From: Macrostomum lignano
Lineage: Eukaryota
Assembly: GCA_002269645.1 (NCBI GenBank)
Contig: NIVC01003058.1
Coordinates: 1 to 64,000 of the forward strand
Length of the DNA: 64,000 bases
Reading direction: 5' to 3'
Below the pieces are notes generated by a model. That model had not been told where the DNA came from and searched no databases. It saw nothing but the letters and a program-made list of their open reading frames with translations. Position numbers and translations under genes: made by a program. Shown piece after piece: positions 50,629-60,635 of this stretch; position 1 is the stretch's first letter; every line of letters begins with the position of its first letter.

Positions 50629-50944
50629 GAAGGGAGCCACTCAAAGCTGCAACATAACTCGGTGGCTGCCGAATCAAAAAACTTAAAACTTTAGATTAAA
50701 CAACACTCTACAGTAGTGGCTTAAGAATTTTTGCGTCCTGTTATACTAAAGTCGTCCTTGGAGTGAATTTGACGCCAAATCAAAGAAACGGCACATAAAC
50801 ATAAATAATTTGCTAATAGACAGCTTCAAGTAACTATTTAATACTTACATTCTAGTAAATTTGAACTTGTACGTGAATATGGTTTGAATAGTTTTTAAAC
50901 GTCTTAAAACAGTGCGCAAATTTAATTTCAAGTTTAGTTCAAGT

Positions 50945-52630
50945 TTACATCCTCGGCCGACCGCTGCGCAGCGCCTCAGTGGCCAGTTCAACCGCGTGTA
51001 CCCTGAACCCCAGCTCAGCCCGACACCGTTGGCGCCGTGGCAATAGTTGTGCACTACCGGCAGACCGTCGAGTAAGCCTCGATCGACCTCCAGCCGGCTG
51101 CCACCGCGTCGATAGGGCCTAAGACCGACGTGTGCGCCAAGAATACGCGCCGTACGAAGGGCGGGCAAAATCCGATACGCTCGCGTCATAATATCCTCAG
51201 TGTCGGTTTCGCTGACGTTCAAGTCGAATGAGCCGGCGCCGGCTGTACCGCCGATAACCACGTCGTCACGATTTGGCAAAACATAGAACGCGCCGGGACC
51301 GTGCAACGCCAGCTTCTGCATCGGGGCGTGGACTCGAACTACCTGGCCTCGGGAAGGATAGACATCGGGATCCGAGCAGAGCTTTGAGGCGCCCAGGCCT
51401 GTGCAGTTGAACAGCAGATGGCAACCACCGTCTGCGGCCTCGGCTAGCGAGTTGAGTTTCTCTCTGCGCACTGACACTCTACCGCCGCTGCGCAGGTTGT
51501 GCATCAGGTAGGGCAGGTAGCGACTACCTTGGGCGTAGACAGTGACAGCCTAAAACAGAATGAGAACACTTAATTCAGCCTAAATTATGAATCGATAAAC
51601 TTTGAAGTTAAGACTCGTACATTTTAAACTCCTGTATTCTCAAGCTTCGTATGATCAATATGTACTACGAGTGTAGAATCGATTTTCAAGAGTTTATTGC
51701 AGTTAAGTTTGCAACACCTCACGATCGGCTATCCGAAATTCCGAATATCGAAATGCTATGAATATGTATTTTTTATCTACTTTAAAGTAGTTTAAAAATA
51801 TCTTGCAAAAATCAATGATGCCTGCATAAAAAACATCGCTAATATTCATGTAGGTCTCTAATCAACACCTACTGATATATACTCAGCAACATTGAAAAGT
51901 CGCCACTCTATGCGCCAGTGATCAATTTCTCCGGAACGATTCTGAAATAAGAGTAAAGAAAACTGAGGGGCAGCTTTAACCCAACCCAAGTATTCCTCAA
52001 CCCAAGTATGTCGCGTGGCGTAGCTAAGTGGCGTCACTCGGAAGATAATATAGACTTTACCTGCACTTTCAAAAGTGGCGACCACAGACGGAATCTTCTG
52101 TGATGGCGAATTTTCAATGTTGCTGAGTATAAATGCTGGTTAGTGGATAAAACGGCAAACGGCCCTTAAAAGATCATAGCAAGAATTAAACAACCGAAAC
52201 CAACCTGAAATCCGGTTGCGATGCCGGCACTCCTGGCATTCGGTAGCAAATAGTCGAGCTGGTCGTCTGTCAAGCGTCGACAGGAGAACACGTAGGGTGC
52301 AAAAAATGGCTCCTCAGCGTTCGGCTTGTCGCTGAGCTCGCACAACGGCGAAATTCCAACACCAGCTGCGTCGGAGTCAGCCGATGTGGCGATGGCTCTG
52401 TAGTGCTCGCTGGAAGCGGCTGTCCATTTTCCCAGTACAGCCAGGTCCGATGTGGGCATTTTGGCAACAGTCGGACTTAGGTAGCCAGCTGCTACATAGC
52501 TCACAATGCCCGAGTCGATATCAGCTGCCACCACGGTCAGGTCGGCATTGGGGAAGGCTCGCTGGAAGGCGCATGCGGTTGATAAGCCAACAACTCCGGC
52601 ACCGACAACGGTCACCTTTAGATTTGACAT
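50945..52630 (-). CDS. D-amino-acid oxidase / D-aspartate oxidase family flavoenzyme, 2 exons (52630-52205, 51549-50945), with a probable 1-nt error near 51002
   Basis: VTVVGAGVVGLSTA FAD motif, NCTGLGA, RGQV, YVLP, GLRPYR, VVHNYCHG. Phase-0 intron GTTGGT…TTTTAG. A shifted frame gives a natural C-terminus VHAVELATEALRSGRPRM*. Confidence 0.9.
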
Positions 52631-52979
52631 TGCAGCACTTTTGCTCGTGTAGCGTTAGTTTAGTTAGTATCGCCAGCTACTTTAATCCAAGAAGGCCCTT
52701 TCCGTAGATACAGAATCATTTTTTAGAGTACTAGAGGTAGCTATATGTATAGTCCAAGTTGACCCTTAGTGGCGGAAAGAGTGAGGGTGCAGACCTACTG
52801 AAAGTGTACACTCGTACAGCATTTAACTGTACACTCTGTTCTTCACAGCTCTACCCGCCTTGCTTCTACCTTAATTGTAAGAGAAACCACCCTGTATTGC
52901 CTTGCTTGCCTGGAAAATATTTTACACTGAACAAACAGCGGCAGTCAGACAAATTTTTTTAACAGCTTTTTAGGTCGAA

Positions 52980-53020
52980 TTTGTTGTTGTTGTTGTTGCT
53001 GTTGTTGTTGTTGATGCTGT
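52980..53020. repeat. (GTT)n microsatellite
   Basis: Read directly. Confidence 0.85.
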
Positions 53021-55573
53021 TAGAATCCTAGCAACCGACTTTCTTGGTCTTGCTCTCCACAATTAAAAAGTTTTAAGCAAGAACAATGTCCTGCCCTTTG
53101 TGTCAGCTGCTGTTTTTGCATGGAACCAGTCACATATTTGAACAATAATGAACATTATATCACTTAATTGAAACGTCATTGATCTAACGATATCATGTGA
53201 GTATGAAAGGTCCTATTAATACACTCAGCTAGAGCGTGCAACTCAAAACTCAAAATATTAGAGCTTCTTGCAGCCCATTTGGAAATAAGACCAAAATTCC
53301 ATAACGCCTACAGCATGCAGCATTCTCGAAGACGACCATTTGTTGGATTGTTAACTGAAGAACTGGATTTCGTTACCCACGACCATCTGCTGGACGTCAA
53401 AAAGACTCGGCTATCTCGCAATGCAATGGGCTTCCTATTTTTCGGTCTTCCAATGGACTCAAATAGCATCGATCAATTTTTGTCTTCGTTGTCTGAGTTC
53501 CCTAGCTATAAGTTCAAAGGATTCAAAGCATTTCTTCAGCGGATCAGCGGGAGGCTCAAATAAAGTCGCTCTGTTCTTGAATCAATTAATTCAGGTAGGG
53601 CATATTGTTTTGCAAACTGCATGGATGAAACGTTTTGCATGAACGCATAGCTGTCTATAGACTGCCATATATGACATGATCTTAAATTTAGCTCCCATTA
53701 AGAATGCATTAATGTACGAAAGATTTTGCTGTTGGAGCGAATATGCCCCGAATAAGACGGGGCTCCCAGCATGTCAGTCCTGGCCGATCTAAGAGACTCT
53801 GTGTGATCGAGGTATCCACGAAGTAGTGGGGGGATTTTTTCGACCTAGAGAGTGCATGATGTCCTCAGGGCTTTGCTATTCCTTAAATCCCCAAGGGTTC
53901 TGGTTCTGAGATAGAGACAACGCTAAAACTGGGATTTTTCCTCTCAACTGGGGCAATATTACATGCGATTAAGTATATGGGCTATCCCAGAGCTGTTTGT
54001 ACTTTTAGTTCGACATGCCGTATGGGTGTTAAATTAGCTAACTCTATATTTATTTTATACCGAAACTTCTTCTCTATTATCTGCAGCACATGACAAGGTT
54101 TTTTTAATAGTCTACTACATGTACGTATTTAGTGATATTTAGCAGGAATAGCCTCCTCTGCCACGCGGTATAGTTGCCTCCTCTAATGGAGCGCGTCTTT
54201 TAATTAACTCTTCATCTCGCTTGCTGAATAGAATCGAGGTCACAAAGGGTTCAGCCATACAAGGCTAGACTATACTAGAAATAGCCATACAAGGCGAGGC
54301 ATACAATGACAGTCTAATCGGTGCTGGAAACGAGAACTTCTGTATAAAGAGATCTTTTAGCTGGTGAACGATTCCAGCCTACGATACCCTCCTAAGCCCC
54401 AAGATCCCAAAGGTGGATAATAGGTAACGCTAGCTCGTATTTTAATGTCTTTTTTCCTAGATGGGTTCGATGCCGCAGGGGATGGGTAAGTGCAGGTCCC
54501 AGAGCTCCCTCGTGGTGCACATTTTACATGGACTTATTTAAAAGTACTGATATGATTATTTGGTTGAATTCGATCGGCTTATACTTGGTGATCTTCCACT
54601 CTATTCCTCAGCTTCTAGCTCGTATTTCATGCCCTGCGACAGTTTTATACTCACTACTCATACTTCATACTACGACTCAAGGTAAATACGTAGACAGACA
54701 GAAGCAACAAATAGTTGAATAGCAGATGTCCCGGCGGTCAGGAAGGTCACGGCGACGGCTGCAGTCATGGACGGTCAGTCCAGACGAAACACGTAAGAAA
54801 GGAGGTTAAAGCAAAGGGGCAGAGACGAAGGAAAAGAAGAAAGGAAGGAAAGAAAGAGGGAAGGAGGGTAAAATCAAGACGTGCCGCCTCGAGAGTTGTG
54901 GCTCAGGGCTCCAAACGGATTCTTATTTATAGCCCTGAGATCACGCGTTACGTGATCACGTAAGCGTGATGCGTGATATTGAAGGCCGTGACTTGTCCTT
55001 GACTTGTTACCAAGCAACCATGATGACGCCACCGGCCAGCCGCGCTGTGATTGGACGAGAAATCGGGGTGGGACGCAGCAGAGAAAAATGATGATGGGGG
55101 ATTACGTAACATGCAAAAAAAATCTGGGAATATAGGGGTCATAAAACTGTCACACGCATGAATCATTTCGAACGTGCGACTTCGATCTGCACTGGCAAAA
55201 GCTCCGACCTGCGCCATCTCACCCGCTCTGGGCCGACCTGAGAAACCTGGAAACGCGGCAGGTCTTCCTACGCAAGCTGCTCGCCGCTACTCCTGCTCCA
55301 GCCGAGTCCTTCGAGTCTTTCCTTCACGCCGTCGATAATGCTGCAGCGCTTCTTTCATGGAGACAGGCAAATCATCCATATTAATACAGGCAAGTATCTA
55401 TTATAGTATGATAGTCTCTTCACTGAAAAGATAACTTTGTTAAAACAGTTCTACTTCTTTTTGCAAAAGTTTAAGTTTACTTTATTTCTAACAAATCTAA
55501 ATCTACCACGAAAATTAATTGAAACGTTACAACATTTATCAAGCATTAGACGGTAGGCCTTCCTACTATGAAC

Positions 55574-55626
55574 CAAGGACTACTCAAGTAGTCTAGTAGT
55601 CAAGTAGTGTACTTGAGTGGTCTTTG
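55574..55626. mobile_element. 53-bp miniature TIR element with a perfect 8-bp TSD
   Basis: TIR CAAGGACTACTCAAGTA / TACTTGAGTGGTCTTTG (15/17 match); TSD CTATGAAC at 55566-55573 and 55627-55634. Confidence 0.72.
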
Positions 55627-56211
55627 CTATGAACATTATTTCAACATTATTATTAACAGTATTCATCAACTTTGCAATCAATAGATCTAGTTCTCTAGGG
55701 TACATTACATTACATATGGAAACTGAAATACTACTTGGTATGCAGACTGCAAAGCTTTCAAATGTGAGCTATTAGTATGAGTCGAGGTTAAATAGGATAG
55801 GATCATATTTTTCCCAAATGGATAGGAGGGCCTAATGTCATATACATAAGAATTCAATATTTGTTAGGAATTTGTGATTTTCATTTTTTATAATTTTATA
55901 ATTATATTGGGATTAAAAATGAAACAAATTTTAGTATATAAACAGGTATTGCATATAATTTAGATAGGATCAACATTTCTAGGGTAGTGTAGGATCAAGA
56001 TCTCAATTTTTGCTACAATCTTAGGATTTTGGGATTGGGATCTATCTTATCTTAGTTCTAGCTTTGAAGTTCTTGACTTATTTAGGATAATGTCAAAAGT
56101 TTTTTAATTTATATCATAAACTGATAAACTAGGGTTTTCTATTTCTTAATTTTTGGGAACCAAATATTTATTGACTAGGCCTAAGCCTGGCTTGTTTAAT
56201 CTCCTGCAAAG

Positions 56212-56647
56212 TTGTCTAAATTAAAACTAGGCAGTTGTTATTGTTACAGTAACCATATAAATAACAAATAACAAAATAACAAAGGTTATTTTTATGGTTT
56301 ATGCATAAGACACTATGCAGGCCTACAGTCTTTACTTAATGTAACCATATAAATAGCAAAACTATTATTTTTATGGTCACCATAGATAGGAAGCAAAATG
56401 GCTTCCTATAATAGTTAACAATTACCTAAAGTAAGCTACCATGACAAGAACCACTAGAAGTTACCATCGTATTTATTAATAAAATGTTTCTTTATTTTTT
56501 TAAATTTAACCATCATAGTATTTGCACAGCAAGTTTGTCATTTCATTTAGATGGTATTTGTTTTAAGTGTTAACTGTAAAAATAACTGTCTTGCTATTCA
56601 TACAGTCACCGTAACAATAACAACTGCCTTAAAACTAATTTAGGCAA
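56212..56647. mobile_element. Old MITE-like element with ~60-85-bp imperfect terminal inverted repeats
   Basis: TTGTCTAAATTA…AGGCAGTTGTTATTGTTAC at the left; GTAACAATAACAACTGCCT…TAATTTAGGCAA at the right; no clear TSD. Confidence 0.6.
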
Positions 56648-57769
56648 TTAGTTTTTATGTTTAATATATCATTTTAGCTTTTTACCTTATCAATATTTTT
56701 ACAAATTGGAAATGTCCCCTATAATGTCTAGGAATCCCCAAACTATTTAGGAAATTCATATAATCATATAATCATACAATTCATATATTTCATATAAATT
56801 CATATAATTCATATAAACCCTTTCAATAGTTGATAAAGGGAAGATATCTACAAGGTCTTCAACTAATATTAGCTTTAGCAATTGTCCTTATAAGCCTTGA
56901 TATTTAAGCCATTCTCCTAAGCAAACATCTCCCTAGAGCAAGGAAAAGAAGCAACCCCATATATAGCAAGCAACCTTAGAAAGCAAGCATCTTTCTAATA
57001 GCCCTCCTAATAGCAAATATCTCCTAACAAGCTAGTGCAACAATTTCCTAGTGCAATAATTCCTTTTTGTTTGAGTACAATAATCGTTTTCTAATATAAT
57101 GTAATAATTAATTTTAAATTTTAATATAAACTTTTTGAATAAACTATGCAACAAAACTTTTTTATACATTATACAACACTTATATTTATATGAAGTTTCT
57201 TTCATGATTTACTTGATATATTTTTAATGTTTTAAATAATGATTCTTTCATGTCTTTTATCACACTTCTCTTAGGTCTATATGATATCTCTTTTATCCTA
57301 TATACTAAAAATGAAATGCCTGTGTGTATGTATGTGTGAGATAGATTTCAGAAAAAATGGCTCAACTGATTTTCTTCAAACTTGCACCATTCGATCAGAA
57401 ATTTTCCTGGGATGGTACATGCATCTTGGCTAAGAAATTGCTCAGTATTAAAGGGATTAAATATTCGAAAAACATGCTTTTTTGCAAAGGTCAAGCAGCT
57501 CTTTCGACCTGAAATGCGTTGTAAGAATGCTAGAGAAAAAACTGACTGACTGAATTTCAATTCTGATAAAGATTGCATCACAACAAGTTGAAAACAGTGC
57601 CGAAGAAATGCACACACAACTTGATTGAAATTGCGTAATCATATTGCTAACTTAAATTGACACTGATACTGGCTGACTGAGAAATTTATTATGTCATAAC
57701 TTTTTGCTCTAACCGATTTGCTATAAGAATTTAATTATAAGGGCCACAATTCATGTTCTCCAATTGACA

Positions 57770-57840
57770 AGAGATAGCATAGATGCGAACAGACTGGACT
57801 ACTAATGCAGCGACCTGGGTTCGAATCTTAGTAGTGCAAA
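57770..57840 (+). mobile_element. Degenerate tRNA-like SINE head
   Basis: B box GGTTCGAATCT (~57818) with an A-box-like TAGCATAGATG upstream; does not fold as a complete tRNA. Confidence 0.35.
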
Positions 57841-57894
57841 AAGTTTTTTTTTCAAAAATCTTAAAAACACAAAATGCTTAACACAAAAAAGCAC

Positions 57895-58590
57895 ACTGTC
57901 AAACATACAAGAGCCACCATGTCTAACATTAAAAAGCCATTATGTCAAACATTAAAGAGCCACCATGTCCAACATACAAGAGCCACCTTGTCAAACATTA
58001 AAGTGCCACATTGTGGAACATTAAAGAGCCAGCATGTCGAACATTAAAGAGTCACTATTTCAAACACTAAAGAGCCACCATGTCAAACATAAAAGAGCCA
58101 CCATGTCAAACATTAAAGAGACACCATGTCAGACATTAAAAAAACCCCGAATCAAACATTAAAGAGTTACCATGTAGAACATAAAAGAGTCACCATGTCA
58201 AACATTAAAGAGCCACCATGTCAAACATAGAAGAGCCACCATGTCAAACATTAAAGAGCCACCATGTCAAATATAAAAGAGCCACCATTTCGAACATTAA
58301 AGAGCCACCATGTCAAACATAAAAGAGCAACCATGTCAAACATTAAAGAGACACCATGCCAAAAATAAAAGAGCCACCATGTCAAACATTAAAGAGCCAC
58401 CATGTCAAATATTAAAGAGCCACCATTTCGAACATTAAAGAGCCACCATTTCGAACATTAAAGAGTCACCCTGTCGAACATTAAAGAGCCACCATGTCAA
58501 ACATAAAAGAGCCACCATGCCAAACATAAAAGAGCCACCCTGTCAAACATAAAAGATACACAATTCCAAACTTAAAAGTAAGCGTCATGC
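57895..58590. repeat. 23-bp minisatellite (AAACATTAAAGAGCCACCATGTC x ~30)
   Basis: Periodicity read directly. Confidence 0.92.
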
Positions 58591-58649
58591 CAATTTTAAA
58601 GGAGCCACTATAGAGCTAAGGAAATTGTTGCACTAGCTACTTATTGTCT

Positions 58650-58945
58650 GGTGGATGCTTACTATTTGGCGATGCTTGCTATCTGGGGGATGCTTGCTAT
58701 CTGGGGGATGCTTGCTATCTGGGGGATGCTTGCTATCTGGGAGGGGGGATGCTTGCTATCTGGGGGATGCTTGCTATCTGGGGGATGCTTGCTATCTGGG
58801 GGATGCTTGCTATCTGGGGGATGCTTGCTATTTGGGAGATGCTTGCTATCTGGGGGATGCTTTCTATCTGGAAGATGCTTGCTATCTTGGGGATGCTTGC
58901 TATCTGGGGGATGCTTGCTATCTGGGGGATGCTTGCTATCTTGGG
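58650..58945. repeat. 18-bp minisatellite (GATGCTTGCTATCTGGGG x ~16)
   Basis: Periodicity read directly; same family as ~44320-44885 (reverse) and a decayed copy at ~56930-57050. Confidence 0.92.
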
Positions 58946-60635
58946 ATGATTTCTTTTTGCATTGCACTTTATTTGAGCAGTTTGTCTGTTGTCTTTGAGA
59001 AGGCTTTTTGTTACCTGTAGAGAGCAGAGATTCTATCCAGATGTCCCCCAACGGGGGGCGAAGATTGCTAGTTTCTTTCTAATTATTTTAAAGTTTTTTT
59101 AGTTTCTTAATGTTAAAAAAATTAATATCAAACTTTATACTCTAAAAATTTGAACCCATATCACTGCATTAGCAGTTTAGCTTGTTTACCTATAGGCTAG
59201 CTCTTATTATTTTGATAACATGAATTGTAGCACTAATAATATAATACTTTTAAGACTCAAAGCTGAGAATAAATCCTTCAAAACAGTTATAATATAACCA
59301 ATTTCTTAGCCAGCTAGTATCTTATCTATTTCAAATAAATAATAAAATGGTTACATAATTTAAATCAAGTTTTGTGCTATTCTTCCACACTGTTTTCAAC
59401 ACTAGCATAATTCACATTTGAGTTACAATTCAGTTGTGATGCAATCTTTATAGAATCAGAATTCCCTATTGGAATAAATTCTAAAAATGTGCAGATTTGC
59501 ATCAAGGGCCCAACAAAAATGTGCCAAGGGTCATTCTCCAAGGTACATAGGCCACATCAAAGAGTCCCTTTAAAAGTTGCACACAAGTGGTCATAAGTAG
59601 TTGTCTCACAGAAAATGCATCATGCCATGGAGTCATTTTGAAAATGTGCTAGATGGCTATCTGTCATTTTGCAACCTATTCTAATAGGGTCAGAATTTAG
59701 CCAACCAGTTTTTTCTCTAACATTCTTACAATGCTTCAGTTGAAAAAAATTGGCTTGAACTTTGCAAAAAGCATGTTTTTTTATCATTTCTGCAAATAAA
59801 ACCCAAACCATTCCATCCATTCTGGCTCATAGTTCAACATAGCATGATAAATAAGGTTGTCTATGGCTTACTTTCTCAAGTTAATTCAAATGCTTGGCCA
59901 TAGAATTCTAATGGGCCATTCTGTTTAGCATGGCCACTATTCCACATAGTGCAACAAAAGCAATAAATGTAGATAGAAAAAGAAAGAATATTATATAGAT
60001 TATATATATTGTTATTATTATTATATACTTATTAGCAACCTCCAAAATTCAGTCAGCCCTACTTCCTCTACTTTGGAGTAGGATAGTTCTTATATACATT
60101 TACCAACTGGGTAATTGCTATGTAAAGCTAAGTTATCCATATATTCTTTTATAGTAACTGCAAGACCTAATTAATTACTTTATTAAGAATTCTTTTTTTG
60201 TTATAACAGTATATCAGTAAGTGATTTTGTCATCTAAAAAGGCCAACAATATAAGGAATTTTTTTGCAATATATAAGGCCTACCATAGTTTAAAGCATAG
60301 CATTATATCAATAATAGTCAGGAAAGTATATTTTAAATGCTAGAATTTTTTAAACATTTGTATATCATTGTATACTAGGAGGGTAAAGCCTAGTGGTCTA
60401 TAGCCCAGGCTCAATTCCATCTTGGTATTGTAGTCTGGCTCTTATCATGCAATTTTCACCCTTGAGTGCCAATTACACATACAGTGATTTTGTATATGTA
60501 ACAGATTAAATGTGATTTTATTCTATTTAAACTTTAATTGTGTTTGAAACCCCCCTTTCTGCCTTCCTATAGTAAAAATTAGCTACTTCGGTAAATATTA
60601 TTCAGTAGAGACTACTAACAATCAGTAGCAGAGCA

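Larger units (their letters stand above)
45576..50694 (+). pseudogene. SAP-domain plus DIRS/Ngaro-like gag ORF, disrupted (frameshift ~45621, TAG 45715, LINE insertion 46541-50628); resumes 50645-50694
   Basis: MTVQALKRCLTREGL/PTSGNKEELIGRL is a SAP consensus; WKVVLQYDQDMRLQQ…WDSPD and CGLFNSKKGC…C…CRICEGSH are DIRS/Ngaro gag-like. The frame continues after the TSD as SKLQHNSVAAESKNLKL*. Confidence 0.68.
57296..59071 (+). mobile_element. Apparently complete non-autonomous Helitron (~1.78 kb) carrying a 23-bp and an 18-bp minisatellite
   Basis: A|TCCTATATACTAAAAATG…TGTGTGTATGTATG 5' end; 3' CCCCCAACGGGGGG hairpin, then GATTGCTAG|T; A|T target without TSD. The single-element reading is inferred from the two termini. 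Confidence 0.68.

Noticed and set aside
53279-53642. 94-aa ORF MEIRPKFHN… and its overlapping ORF
   Set aside because: No recognisable motif and no convincing splice partners; cannot be supported without a homology search.
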